Assembly: GCA_030704615.1 (NCBI GenBank)
Contig: CM060732.1
Coordinates: forward strand, 81,282,001 to 81,346,000
Source of the DNA: Takakia lepidozioides
Taxonomy: Eukaryota; Plantae; Bryophyta
Reading direction: 5' to 3'
DNA length: 64,000 bases
Below are positions 1 through 13,963 of this stretch, piece by piece. A program made the translations under genes and the position numbers. Within the stretch, counting starts at the first letter, position 1. Every line of letters begins with the position of its first letter. The notes beneath the pieces were generated by a model. That model saw only the letters and a program-made list of their open reading frames with translations. It had not been told where the DNA came from and made no database searches.

Positions 1-3000
1 CACAGCCGAGAAGGAAGTGCAAGAACAGGTGTCAAAAAGAAAGAGGACAAGAACGGCCGTCAAAAGGAATGAAAGGCGGGCCCATTAATGAATACGGAAA
101 AAGGGAAACGGAACGAACGGCAAGTACAGAAAAGCGGAATTCTTGTCACATGTGTGATCCTAGTGGACTATCCAACAGGGAAAGTCCACTAAAGAAAACC
201 AGAGAAAGGATCAAGAAAAGGGAGGGAAATTGAGCGCAAGAGGCGGCGTCGTTCTGAGTAACGGGCGTCTCGACGGGACAGACCATCAATGCTATAGCTT
301 GGAAACTATGGAGGAACTAACAGACTATACGCTCGCAATATTACTTACGCAGTGGCATAGACACGAAAGGACAGAGCGGAGCTTTTCTCTTGAGCGATGC
401 TTGCAAGCCCCGCAGGCTTACAAGAAATTACCCATAGCTTTCTGCGGCAACCATACGTTTATGCTTTGTGCACTACAGGCATTCCTGCAGTTGTTACAGC
501 CAAAACAGTTCTGTGAGTCTAAAATGAAGAGAGTGAGAGGAATGGAGGAAATCAGGGTGAAGAGCACCACAATTCTGCAGAAACAAACGATTGCTACCCC
601 ACAGGCGATACAGATACTGGAGGAGCTGAGATTGCAAGGATTGCAAAGCCTAGATTGGACATACACCATAGACAGTACATGTTACAATTTTTGCAGAACT
701 TTGAGCCAAGGACAGGAACAACAACGGTGAAGGGAGTTGAATTAATGATTACTCCCCTATACCTCCAGCAATTGTTTCGATTGCCAGCAGGTCAGGTGCA
801 TGTGGAGGAACACAGGGCAAGACTGCAAATAGGGGACTTATTCCAAGAAGGGAGTTTCTTTAAAACTCAGGGTTATGCTTGTACCAAGGCTGTGTACCCA
901 GGGTTAAAAGAGGTAGGCCAGGTATTGAACGTTCTGATTGCCATGAAACAGAACCAACAGTATTTGAGCAGATCCTTCACGGAGGAAATACTCAAAGGCC
1001 TGAAGGGACAAGAGGTACAATGGGCGGACATAATGTACAACGCACTGGTAGAGGAGATGAAAAGATTACAAGGTACTACCGCAAAGTCTCCTATCATAGT
1101 GTCTGGCCCAATCATTGCTCAAATAATCCTTGATTCTGGCATACTTGATGCGCAAGAAAGAAAGGAAATGGGAGTGTTTGAGCCAGAAACAACTGCAATG
1201 GAAGAGCAAGGCTCTTCACACAGTGAGGGTGGACTAGCAGGGCAACCCGAGACTAAGAGGCAGAGACGGGGAAAGACTGTAGTGGCGGATCCACTGGCTT
1301 CACGGATTCCGCATGATAATGTTTCCCAAGCTCATGGCCAGGAAGGGGCACAGCAGCACAGAGAAATGCTATTACTGGAAGCAGGACCTTCAGAGAGGGA
1401 GGAGGAAGTTACTTCTGTATCACAACCATCACAGCCAGCTGATCGACTTGTCACAAGGTCACAAGTTATCCATGCAGCTCAACCAGAAATAATTGATTTG
1501 GAAAGAGAAGGGTTAGATATTCCAACTACAGAACAGATAGTGGCAGAAATGGAGAAGGGGGACCTTCTCTATGAATATTCTGGTCTGGTCAAGGAGACAG
1601 AGATCCCAGAGGTGCAACAGTTGCCCAAGGGAAATCCTGAGGTGCATATAATACACACACCTGTGTCGGAGGTACCACAGGCGGAAGGTCATGACACTGT
1701 AGCACCGGTGATAGATGAAGTAGTTCAGGAAGAAAATCCGGTGGGACAATGGCCTGAATGGTTCGTGAGACATCACACTGTTGAAGATCAGGAGGAACAG
1801 CAGCAACCTCACCATGATGACCCTCAACAGGCAATGCTGATGAGTTCCATAGGCAGGACACTTAATTTGTTGGGGACTTATGTCAAATCCCATGTTCCAA
1901 TTACCCAATTGACAGCCTTGAGAGAGGAACTCAGGAAGGAGTTTGAGGCTCGACTAGCCACTGAGTGTGCAAACAAGGTCGATGAAGAGGTCACTCTCAA
2001 GATGAAGCAGGACTTGGGAAATACAGAAATGGCTTTGCAATTGGCCAAGGAACAATTGATTGAGGCAGGCCTCGCGCAAGACCAGTTGCACGAAGCACAT
2101 AAGCAACAGCTATACCAAATGCAGGTGCAGCATGAAAGCAAGTTGCAAGAAGTGAATGCACTACATACGGAGTTGCAGACAGTGCATGACAGGATGGCGA
2201 TACAATGTGCTACATTCACAACTATGCTTGACCAATCTACAAAAGAAATAAACAGTCAAGCGGAAAAATGTACGAAGGCAGAAGAAGAGAATGTTGAGCA
2301 AATGAAGCTCATTGTCGATATGAAGAATACAATCTGTCGCAATGAAGATACTTTCAAGCAATACAGGCAGATTGAAGCTGATCAAGAGAAGCACATCGTG
2401 GAGTTGCAACAAACCATCATGGCCAATAGAAATGAAATCGCGGTCAATAACAAGGCTTGGAAGGAAGCCAATAATCTACTTGCTGCTTATGCGCAATTGG
2501 TTGAACCTCAGGCGAAGCGCATGGAGGCTTTACAACAGCAGTTGGAATTGTACAAGCTAAGAGAGGAGCAAACTCTCAGGGGAACCACAAGCAACTTGGT
2601 GGATAACAGCCTTATGCAGGTCTGGTTAGCACAAGGGCCAGTAGAGGGCAAAGCACCACGAAAGCTCACCCAAAGCGAGATGAATGAGCTCAGGCTGCAG
2701 GTGCAGAACATTGCCACAACTACTATAGACAATGTCTATAGTAGGATAGCAGAGTTACAAGAGGATGTAGACGGACTGCAGACTCAAGTGGAAGACCTCA
2801 CTTCAAACATCGACAAAAGAGTCTATATCCCTCAGGAACAGCTAATGGCTTCTTATTTACAAGCCAGAACTTTGGCTTTTCAGTCTTCACAGGAGGTGCA
2901 GGAGATGCCAATGATACAAGAGCCAGTACCACCACCACCACAACAAGTCACTGTACCAGTAGCTGAACCTGTGGTTACTACAACCACACCACAGCCACCA

Positions 3001-4073
3001 CAGCCGGAGGTATGGGGCAATGCCGCTTTTAACCCACCTAAAACTCCAGCTGCAAGGGAGTACAGTAGGGCTATGATTATGCCCTTCAACCAAATTCCCA
3101 TCATGTTGGATTTGGCTTGGAAAGAATTTAGTCCTCCGCAGTCATTCGCACATTACTACCAAATCATGCGTATTTGGCTGCCAGTGGCAACTAGGACTAA
3201 AGTTCTTCCGAACAATCGACATATTGAAGATCATCACTTTGCACAATACTGGCACGAGGCAGGTACCATGTTGAGGGAATTATTGCTTTCCAGGTTGTAC
3301 ATGGACTCATTTATACCAAGACCAAGGAGGTAGCAAGTATTGTCATGGGATGCGGGTTATACTACGCTGCTTGTTTTCTGGTACGTTACCACATTGAGCA
3401 ACAAAAGATGCAAACACGCTTTCTGAGTTATTCCAGTGGAGATCATTGGGTATTACCTTCGGTGCCACCTCATATGTACCTATATGACCCAAAAGTTATG
3501 ATGCAAAAGGATTCTCAAATTCGTTCATGGTTTCAAGCGGCCTGGAACCATTTGTCAACACAGAAATTCGGCATTGATGACATTTTCTATAAGGGACATG
3601 TGGCATGGAAATACTTGCACGCTGCACCAGTAATTGGTACCCCACTCACCTGGACAGACAAGGAGCTCAGTGTCTACACCAATTTTGCTGTTCAGCGGTT
3701 ACACCAAGTTGTAAAATACAAACTTCCAGACATGGTAGGACAGCATTGTATGCCCCAGATGATTCCACAAAAAGTTCGAAAATTAAAACACCTGAGAGGC
3801 GATGAGGATTCTGATACAACTGTTTCTTCACCGAATTCTTTTGACATGGGAGAAGACTATGCAGTTCAGATGGCAGAAAAGAAGCGACGGGGGTCTCCTA
3901 TGCCGGAAAAGTTACCTCGATATCAGCCTCCAGAGGGCCTCACTTATCCAGGTAGTGATCAACCATCTCCGTCAACCAGAGACAGACCTCGGGCTCGTAC
4001 ACACAGTCCGCCACGAAACTCTCAACGTCAAAAAGGTGCTCACTCACAAAGGTTTGCTAATCGAAATCAGTAA
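1..4073 (+). pseudogene. 3' extra (env-position) ORF of element A, >1300 aa when two 1-nt frameshifts (~661, ~3283) are repaired; plant-transposon-protein-like N-terminal domain plus long coiled coil
   Basis: ORFs 230-730, 655-3333 and 3345-4073 are joined in frame in copy 2 (DWTLHHRQY; RELVAFQVVHG). FLQNFEP..TTVKGVELMITP..LQQLFRLP...G.EVQW resembles extra-ORF domains of Athila/Tat-type elements. E/Q/K-rich heptad region at ~1900-2800. Confidence 0.75.
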
Positions 4074-4111
4074 ACCGTGAGGACACGGCTTTTTGAGGGG
4101 GGAAGGGGTAA

Positions 4112-5159
4112 TGTTAGAGGACTGTCGGGGACTTAGACACTTATACGGGATCTGTAGGGTACCCTTAATTTTTGCACAGACTGAGACCAACACTGAGACC
4201 AACACTGAGACCAACAGGAGCCTTAGGGGTGACAGCAGCGCACTGTAGAGGGGGGTTACACAGCCCATCACAGTCGTCACAGCCGACACAGCCAACACAG
4301 CCCGTCACAGTCGTCACAGCCGACACAGCCAACACAGCCCATCACAGTCGTCACAGCCGACACAGCCAACACAGCCCGTCACAGTCGTCACAGTCGTCAC
4401 AGTCGTCACAGTCGTCACAGCCGACACAACCCGACACAGCCAACACAGCCACACAGCCAGTCACAGCCCGACACAGCCAAACACAGTCGCACAGCCAGTC
4501 ACAGCCCGTCACAATTTCACACAGCCAGTCACAGCTTGACACAGCTGTCACGATCATAGGGAACGGAGAGCAGGACAGGGAACGACTGTGGGGAACATGT
4601 TAGTTCACAGACGACGGTTAGTGAGGGAAACGGTTAGAACCACGGATAGGAAGATAAAGGGAAGAAACGGTGAATTGGGGATTGGGGATTCGGAGAAGGA
4701 CTTCTTGGTCATGAAGGAGAGGGGATCGGGCAGAGATGAAGAACGGAAGTGAAGATAGAGAGATGATGAGTAGATGCTTGATATAAGGAAGGCTGTAATG
4801 ATATTGTAGAGCAGATTAGAGACACAATGGCTTCGGCCTGATATCTGATAAATCATAATCGGATACTTTTACGATACAATCACACTGTGTAGAGAGATCT
4901 GAGTGAAGCTATGAAATGAATGGATGAGCTGATGGAATCCAATAGATTGATAAAGCAAACTGATACTTAATTATCAATGGTAAGATAGCTAACATGAATA
5001 CAAAAAGGGAAATAAATAGGAAACACCCCCATGATACACTAGCTGTAGGTCATGACTGATTGTTCTGCGCGGGCTGAGTACTTAGAGATTTCCAACTCTT
5101 CTATCTTGGAGTTTCCGCCTCGAATAATGAAGGGATGGGTGAGTAAAAGCCGCGCGACA
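4112..5159 (+). repeat. 3' LTR of element A copy 1, with internal CACAGC/CACAGTCGT tandem array (~4259-4550)
   Basis: TG...CA termini; homologous to the LTRs at 40313-41305 and 52255-53247. Confidence 0.93.
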
Positions 5160-8100
5160 GGCTCAGACACACGTCCAATCCGGTCATACTTTATTTCTTA
5201 TAATTTGTGTTATGAGATCAATGCCCGTCTTTGTTGACCCAAAACTCAGAATTAGGAAGAGAATGATCGAGAACTTCTTGATCATATGAAATTCCAATTG
5301 AGGTCTTTGACGAGCTTCACCGCGCGCGCAACCGCGGGGGGGAAAATGCGACGTCGATCCGGGGCCTGGAGTCCGGCGACGAGGTGGGTTGGGCTCAAGA
5401 ACCGCCCACCCGTGAGATGTGTTGCTAAGCTTGGCGGAGGGTCAGCGGTCGATGGAGGGAACTCCTCCCGCTATCCTAAACTCCCATCAAACGCAGGATT
5501 CATCTCCTACGCTCGCGAGGCAAAATTTGTTCGTGTCACTTACGGAATCTACTCCTAGCTAATTTCCTTCCAAGACTTCTTTATTAGCGTTAACAGGGCT
5601 TCACCCCGGAGTTAGCGGTGTCCCCGGAAGATCCTCTTCACATGGAGTGACTGCTGCCGGAAGCGTTAAGGGCAAGCCGCTTAGGTCTGGGTTGCTTCAC
5701 CAACATGCTCCCCCGGATCGTACGTGTATGCAAAGGGGCCGCCTACGTTCCTGCTATCCGGAGGGGAGAGAACATCCTAGCCTAGAAGATAAACTCTTCG
5801 CCTGGACGATATCGCAATTTCCCGCTAATTTCTAGAGCCATTGGTTATTTTCTAGCAATAGCTGTTAATAAGGAAATTGAGAAAAATACTATCCTAGGCA
5901 AGCTCTTGTACTTAGGAAATAGAGATAAAAACCCTAGATTTAATTATATCTATCCCTATTTTCTGGTAACTTTCTAAGCAGAAAACCCCCTTCAAAATTA
6001 ATTACTTTGGTGAAAAAATCACTAATTCTAGAAAAATAGGCATTAGGTAGGAATTTATCTAAGCTTGGCCTCTAGAGTCTAGATAATTCTCTAACCCCCT
6101 CCCATTGCCCAAAAACCATTCTCATGATGTGGAACCACATGGAATTGGCCCTATAGATCAAAACAACCCCCTATGTCCTTAATACATAGCCCCCTAGCCT
6201 CTAGGTCCTAGGTTCAACCCCCCCCACCCCAAGAGCTAAAATAGCTTTTCAAACAACGGATGAAAAATTGTTTTTTCATCCACTGGTCATCCCTGCAACC
6301 AGATGAAAAACTGCATTCCTCATCCTATCTTCATCCATTGTTCATCCATCCTACAGATGAAATACTGCTTATCTCATCCGCCTCTCATCCATCCATGGCT
6401 AACCATCCTCTATTCCCCATTCCTCAAAAAACGCTTCTCACATATGAATAATATATTTTGGTGGGTCCACTGTTGGTTCCTCCACCTTCCTAAAGTGCAT
6501 TTTAAGGCTCAGTGCAAATGGAAAAGACTCCCTCTCCTACTCCAAACCCCCTTCTACCCCTCCCAAAAGCTTTGTACTTCTCGTCCGCTTTTCGGGAGCA
6601 AGGTGTTTCGGTGTGAGCCGAGTGGCCGATTCCCCATCTGACTACCTATGACATACCAAAACGAAAGCCTCGAAGACCTCCACCCTCCATTCTAATTTCC
6701 GATCCAGCCGCTAAGGAGACGACATATCAAAACTCCCTCAATCGACCAAGACAAGAACTATTCAAAAAGTATTTTCCTGCCTAAGACCCCCCCTTAAGCT
6801 ATTATCCGTTGGTCCGTCCCATCCCTTTTACCCGCTGGTCGCAGATCCTTGTAGGGCCATGTGGCGAGGCGTAGTAGGACGAGGCGACGGACCGATGGTC
6901 GCAGCCGCGCGGGTAAAGCGACAGACCGTTGGGTAAATCCAGGAAGATCTTAAGTGGCAAGCACGGCCTACCCCACTCTGCGTGGCTGCTGTCGAGCAGC
7001 TTGGGGGCTGGGATGGTCAATGCCTCGAGGTACGCGGGGCCTGCAGCCCGCTTCAAACCAATAGCCAGCTCCTGGCTATTGCCATGGTATCCCCTTTATG
7101 GCGCCTCACTTTTGGGAACCCCATCATGGATCCATGTCTTTTTGCCTTTACCTAAAAAAAACAAGAAAATAAAAACAAACCTAACCCCAAAGGGGCTAGC
7201 CTAACCTTCCCAAGAACCAAGCTAGGTAGGCCATATTAGATCAGATTTTTTACCTGTAAATTAGTTATGCATGAAAAATAAAATTCCAGCGACAAAATAT
7301 ACTTGAAAAAAACATCAAAACTTTGCTAGCTCTTCCACCTTGCTTCTCCCCTATGGGCGGTGATATGCTTAACAAAGAGACACTTGAATGGCAAGTATAG
7401 TGGGCTTAGTACACACTAAGCTACACTCACTTGCTTCAAATGAAATGAAATAAAAAATCTAAAGAAGGTTTCCCACCAAGCTCATGCAAGCATCTACCCA
7501 AATGTTAGTGGGTTAGCTTCCCTCGCATGCTTAGTTAGCTTCACACATGAAAATAAGGCCTAGTGCCAACAAAAAAGAGAACGCACACCCCACTTAGAGA
7601 TCCCATTGCATGGTTAGCTCCCTAGGGTTAGATCTTTCCACTCTTAAGACAAAAACAAAACATCAAACAAAAAAGACAACTCCTTGGGCCTCTTGGCCAC
7701 TAATGAGGGTTAGTCCCCTCTTTCCCAAGCTCCCACTACTTCTTTGTTAGTAGGACCAAGCTAGGGTTAGTTCAAAGGTCTCCAACAACAATGGACAAAC
7801 CAAAAACACAAAATGCAAACAAAAATGGACAAAGGGCTAAGAACTTTCTCTCCACTCAAAGTTGCTTCACTTGACTAAGTGGGCTACCAAAATTTAGATA
7901 GAAGGGGTAGTGCTCACCTCTCCTATGGGGTTTGTTGCTCCTACCTCTTCTTCATACTCCAAGGGCTCACCACACTCTCAAATTCAAATGGCTCTTGGCC
8001 TTATAAACTAGACACCTAGGATCTTCCTACTCTTCCTAGTACTTCTAGATGCTTCCTCCAAGTTTGCCTAAAACAACTAGGCTAAACTTTAAGCCAACAA

Positions 8101-9451
8101 GCAATCTAGGACTTCACAAGCAAGATGCTAAGGCTAAGCAAGATTCTCAAGCTAGCTCTCTAAGCACTCACTGACAAGCAACTACAAGCAAAAAACAAAT
8201 GTGAAGTGGTGAGCAAGCTCACCTCCTAATCTACTTATACTAGAAAATACTATAAAAAAAAAAATGGATGATATCCAAAATCCTTGGATGGAAAAGACTA
8301 TCAACCACTTTTTGGTTGGTAGGTGGCACATTTCATCCACCCAGCTGGTTTGGGTTAGTGCTAGATATTTCTGGCCCAAAAATCCCCTTCAAATGAATTT
8401 CTTGTGGCCACAGACGCCCGAAAACCTCAAAAATAGTGAATTGCTGATAACTTCATCCAAAAATCTTGAAACTTGGCCACAAACTCCCTTGTGGTATGCT
8501 TGAAACAAACACCAATATTGAGGTCCATGTGGTCCAACTATCAACCATAAAAAATAAACAAGTCCCAAATCACCGCGAAAACACTGTTTCCAACGGGTAA
8601 CATATTTTTTGGTTGTGAACAGATCGACGCTTGGGCCTGAAATTCCTTTCACATCATCTTGCTTCGCTTTTAACCACATCAAAAAAATCCCTCCACAAAC
8701 AACACTTGATTCTGGCTTCGTCCTGTTTGCTGAAGGTACTCCGCATAGCAAAAACCCAGTCGGCCGCTACCGCTGGATGAGACCTCTTTAGGATTTTTTG
8801 TAGGAGACCAAGACTCCTTGGAATCACCTTGAATTGAATTCACACTAAAAAGTAAAAATGTCCTCATGGGAAAAAGAGATCACTGTCGGCAGTCTGCTAC
8901 TTGCCGCACTGCAACGTCTGTTTTGCATGAATGAACTAAAACACAGGGGAACCCATGCTTGATCCCTGTCATTGACATATCCGAGCATGAAAATGAAATT
9001 GTATCATGAGCATGTGTGCTCCACGCCTCCAGCGTCTTCATGAACTGCATTGGAGCTATGTGAAAATTTCTACCTGACATTTGCAAGACTGTTGTCAACC
9101 GTGTTGTTGAAAATATAACCCAGTGGGTAGTTTGTCGTTGAGGTCAAGCTCTCCTAACTTGCATCTACTTGAATAACGATCGGATGTTGAGGTGAGGAAC
9201 AGGCAGACCGTTGCCTGCAGTTGTTTAATCGGCCCCTAGATGTTCGAACGGACGACTGGAATCACACACCCTATTTCTCCCTGCAGGTACCATAGTCATA
9301 TAAACTCCTGAGCGCTTTGGCTTCATGGACGTTGCATACATCTTCTATGTGCGGCCATACCAGTAGCTATGTCGATGTTTCGTCATTTCTGATACAAATG
9401 GTCCTTGTTCTTTACTGTCTGTGTACAATTCAACTATCCTAGCTCAAAAAA

Positions 9452-10940
9452 CTAAAAAACAATCCGCGCGTTTTTTAATGCACCTACAGTCTTCTCATCA
9501 GAACTAGTCACAATCTCTTTCCCGGAAGTGCATATGTTAATATCCTCGTTCACACAATTCTTGACAACAAACCCCATCTCTTTGCCAGAAAGAACTGAAG
9601 CATTCACGATATCAAGTTTGTCTACAGCTCGCTGTTTAACAAGCTCTTCGTCTAGCGCTTCTTGATATAACATCGGCTTACCATTTTTTGTTTATCCTGA
9701 AATGATTCTTTGGCAAGCTCGATTTGCAGCAACCTTGTCAGTACGGTTGTACTTGGCATATGACTTAGCATCCCGATGTCCAGTGATGTTCATTCCATGC
9801 TCAATATGAACTTATGCCTTCTCCATTCGTGTTATTCCAACACGAGCCCTGTTTTGTTCGTGATTTTCATAGGTCCATTCAGGTCCACCTATAGTCATCA
9901 ACTTTGTAATCGCAACCAAGGTATTTTTCCCGATATGAGTTTTGTAGAACTACATTTCTTCATTTGGATTGACCTTGAGTTTGGGAGTTAGAAAGAAAGG
10001 ATGCAGACCAGGCTCGGTCTCTAGGAAGACACGTCTGTGTTTCCTCAGAATTTTATAAATATTCCTCATATCTTCGTTCTAATAACCAACAGCCTTCCGT
10101 TGATTTTCAGCTGCACATCGAGTAACGTCAACTTTCCAGTTCTTTGACGGAGAATGATGGTATTGCATGAATTCTCCACATCCCTCATCATGTAACGAAA
10201 AATCACAATCCTCGACCTTCCGCATTTAATGTCCTGCACATATGAAAAAGTTCTTCGTAGCAACGAACACAAACCGATTAATAACACTTGAAGGTGTTTT
10301 CACTGAAGCTTTATCTGACAACAACATTTTAGCCTCTTGGCTCCGATTGAGAACATCGCTTTTCACCACCGACCTTCCGAGACTAGCAGCCATTGAACGA
10401 CACACAGCTTCATCAGCTGATAATTTGACAGGGCGATAGTTCAAGTTATGGAAGATATTAAATGGCATTGGAGGCTTCACACCCATAGAAACAATTCGAA
10501 ATTCCTCTCTTGCTCAGATAATACGTCTGATGGCAGATAGTAATGCATTGATCCTCCAAAATCTACAACACATTTTGTACATTAGTCATGATAAAAAAAC
10601 AATAAAGAAACAAAATCAAGTACTGAACTCAATGTGATGTGAACAAAAATGAAAATCAATTACTTACGTGATGGGAGGGTACAGAGAGCCATCTCGTTTT
10701 GTCACCTGCAGTATAAAGATGCTAAGCATCTCAACAAGTGGTCTCACATCAGTTTCTTCAGAAAGGTTTCCAATGGATTTCTCAGTGGAATACCCTTTGA
10801 ATTTGCGCCACTCATCGAAGGCATTTTTGGCCCATGTTGCTGAGTGCTTACTACGCCAAATTCCACCTTCCGTCATATTTTTCAACTCACGAGTATCAAC
10901 ATCTCGGAAGTTTTGCATTGAATCCAGCAGATGCACTTTG
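9452..10940 (-). pseudogene. Degenerate Crypton/DUF3504-like tyrosine recombinase
   Basis: Exon 1 reads SATWAKNAFDEW...LSIFILQVTKRDGSLYPP, then a GTAAGT donor at ~10667. Downstream frames give FFI(C)AGH, SSKN, IGKNTL and GITRME...NITGHRDAKSYAKY (~9745-9800), the H...Y catalytic end of tyrosine recombinases. Several stops and frameshifts. Confidence 0.72.
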
Positions 10941-11306
10941 CATACTAGCTACTGATTGATGGAAAGTTAATGTAATCAGACGAGATAACATTCTCTTCGG
11001 AATGTTCATTAATCGCTGAAATGATCTGCAGGTTGATAGGATCGACACTATTTGATCACTTCCTGTTCAGCCGAGGATTCACACTACTCGTAATATTATC
11101 CATCATTCATCATGCTTCTCTCAACAATCCATTCGCTGTAACTCAAATTAGATGCAATACACGGTATGCAATAACCAAAAACACAAACAGGGTCGCGCTT
11201 CCCATGTACAAGGTTGCTCAATATCAACCGTAGATCTAGACAAATATCCACCGTCCATCTGAAACGATGAGCCACCATTAAAAGAAAAGAAATCCGGGCT
11301 TTACGG

Positions 11307-11409
11307 AGTGGGAGTCCCCGCCACTCGGGTGTACCTTGGTATTCGGGTCGTGGCCCTCGGGCTACGGACCCTCATACCGCGGAACACCCTTGTGGCGGGG
11401 ACTCCCACT
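11307..11409. repeat. 103-bp GC-rich hairpin (inverted repeat)
   Basis: AGTGGGAGTCCCCGCCAC (11307-11324) is the exact reverse complement of GTGGCGGGGACTCCCACT (11392-11409). Inner arms pair imperfectly up to the loop GCCCTCGGGC. Confidence 0.9.
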
Positions 11410-13462
11410 ATACATAAGTCCTCCTGTCACGATGAAACTTCTTGTCGGAGAAGGTAAGGATTTTAACAAATGGAATTGCTAGGCATTGGGTGGTAGTTGG
11501 CTCACGCTCACCAAAATGGCAAGGTCTAAGTTGTTCCATGGTCACACCCAATGACCCCCATTTTATAGGAGGGTGATGGATGAATAGATGGGCCGTTGAA
11601 CCCACAAGTGGCCCATCTTCCTTTGGGAAAGTGTACAATCAACATGTTATCATCAATTATCATAATATTTTACTATAAAATGGGTTGGCTATAATGAATG
11701 ATCCATGAAGCGACCTTGTGCCCTAATGTTGCTAGGCCATGGCATTCCATAAATACATTTCTTTTTTAACATTTTGTACAAAGATAAACCAAAGAAAAAC
11801 ATAACATTCTAGGACTAACATGAGCTCTCATATTAGTATGTTTGTTAGTGTAGTATAGTGAGAGTTAGAAGAAGGTCATTGGAGGCTTTGGGCTTCATTA
11901 AACAGGTTCTAGAGACATTAAACAACCATTGGACATGGATAATGCAAGATGAAATGCCATAAAAGTGTGTATACCATGTTGGGTCATCATGCATTTTTGG
12001 CCTGTATGTGTATTTTGATTCTTGCATAATATGAGGCTTTGAGTACACACTTGATGACAGTCTCTAACCAGTCATCCCATCATGGATGCCCGATATAGCC
12101 GGTCCAATATTTTGAAAAAAACATACTATCCAGAAAACTAGATATGCGTAAATAGCATCCATTGGACCAAAATACTTTTACTGATGAGGCTGTTTATGAG
12201 TCTTATAGAGTTGAATCAAAATGTTATGATAATGATAAGATGAAGTTTCTTTACCGTCCAATGAACAAATCAAGCTCCTATTTGTTTTTCCTAACTTTGA
12301 AGATTTTTTTTGCCGTAGTGGGTCTATTGACACATTTGCATCTCACGCAACTATAGGATCGATCATCTTCAAGGTCATGAACAAATTTGAATTTCATCAA
12401 ACATCACACCAGTTTCTCCATCTCAACAAATCCCAACTCTGTTCAGCGACAGATCACGTTAGCCCAATCAAGGAAATCCAAGGTACTGGCAGGCCACCAT
12501 GAAGACCTGCAGCTATCCTGAGGATGATCTATCTGATGTACATATAACTACAGCCATATTTCTCAGCAATCTTACAAACAGTTCCTCTAGAGATTCCAAG
12601 ACCTAATTGGCATATTTGTTCGGATTTGGCCACTTGAGTGCTCTTGATCCACTGCCGCCAGTGTCTTCCATCGACTCCAACTTCACCGTCTGGAATTATT
12701 TTCTCCACCTGGTTCGCACTAAGTTATTGTAGATGTGGCCGGCTGCACCGATCACTCACAACTGATTTGGTGCACGGTAGTCTTATTGATTCTTATAACG
12801 AGAAGATCACAGAGCACTTTCATCTACTTAGTGCCAAGGCACCACCATACCTGAATTGACATTCAAAGCCACAAGAATTTTCAGAGATGCACCAGGAATA
12901 TAGTCCAGAAGTACACACACACATTAATGGCAACTAAAGATATCCATTTGAAGCTTGCAAGGAAGCACTAGATCGGAGGATTCTGGACCTCATCTCACGA
13001 CATCAATGCTACATTACATCCAAAATATTCTCATGCCTGTCACAATATTATTTGAGGTTCTAGATCAGCACCTATTGTTTATAACGTGTTAGCATTACTA
13101 AAAAAGTGGGTTCACTTAGGACGATATAATCGGCTATCAGGACTTGTGAAAATATCCTTACGAAAGGGGAGTGTATGGAAGGGGTCTAGAGATAATCTGA
13201 GACCCATTTCAGCTGAAAACATTGTATTTTCTGTGTGCTGCAGGGTCACCATCTCGCTGGCCATCATACAAGTTGAGTGTTCATTCTAAACATAAAGGAC
13301 ATATGAAAAAAATTCCAGATGGGATCCAGTCAATGATGGGTGATAAGGACTCCAACCACTGGCAGGTGTGGCCAACAGAACCATGCTTACTGGACAAGAC
13401 GTACGTAGCTATGAACAATCTCTCAGATAGATACTTCTTCAACGACTTGGAAACAAATTTAC

Positions 13463-13826
13463 CGTTGCACGTCGTTCCAGGTTCCACTCTGACATCGCAA
13501 GCAAGAGGAATGGCGAGTGCGCTCTTAGCATCGATACCAGTAGTATGGGTCGCAACAAAACACATGCATTTTGGAGAGACATTTGCAATGGGAAGACAAC
13601 AGTCTCTTCCTGGAGAAGGACCAGGAGTCCTGGCATACTTGAGACATGGGGCCAGCGTGAGCATGGCTGGCGTACAGGAGGTATCGTCCCCGCCGACCTC
13701 GACACTGGTTGTTCCAATCTCGGTCGAATGGCTGATCTCTCTCATGGCAAGTGACGGCATCATACATGCCAGTAGCATGAGCATTGTGATCAGCAGGGCT
13801 CTAGTCCCAACCAGCTTGTGATCCAT
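13463..13826 (-). CDS. Non-specific lipid-transfer protein / AAI-fold protein, exon 1 (3' end uncertain)
   Basis: Hydrophobic signal peptide followed by the eight-cysteine pattern C..C..CC..CMC..C..C. A likely phase-1 GT donor follows TCNG. If unspliced, the ORF ends at 13281. Confidence 0.82.
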
Positions 13827-13963
13827 ACTTGCAGATACCCCCGAAGATCAGCTTCCCTTCCAGACCAGAAAACTATGAAATCTCGTCCTCCTTCACCAGC
13901 TCGCTTTGGTTACTAGTCTCTCTTAAAAACCCACAAGCTGCTGCCAAGGATCGAAGGCCTGCT

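Larger units (their letters stand above)
1..5159 (+). mobile_element. Ty3/Gypsy LTR retrotransposon family A, copy 1 (3' part only: extra ORF, PPT, 3' LTR)
   Basis: Collinear with the reverse complement of 40313-45450. PPT (GAGGGGGGAAGGGGTAA) ends at 4111 and is followed by an LTR TGTTAGAGG...GCGCGACA. The element runs off the window start. Confidence 0.93.

Noticed and set aside
4172-4603. ORFs rich in S/Q/H/T/P (also 38767-39548, 40907-41245, 52849-53187)
   Set aside because: They are translations of the CACAGC minisatellites and show no sign of being real proteins.
5160-8500. Possible LTR or internal region of another retroelement hosting A copy 1
   Set aside because: The composition is TE-like, but I found no termini, PBS, PPT or coding motif to support a call.
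13222-13821. 199-aa plus-strand ORF
   Set aside because: It is the antisense shadow of the nsLTP gene and has no recognisable motifs.
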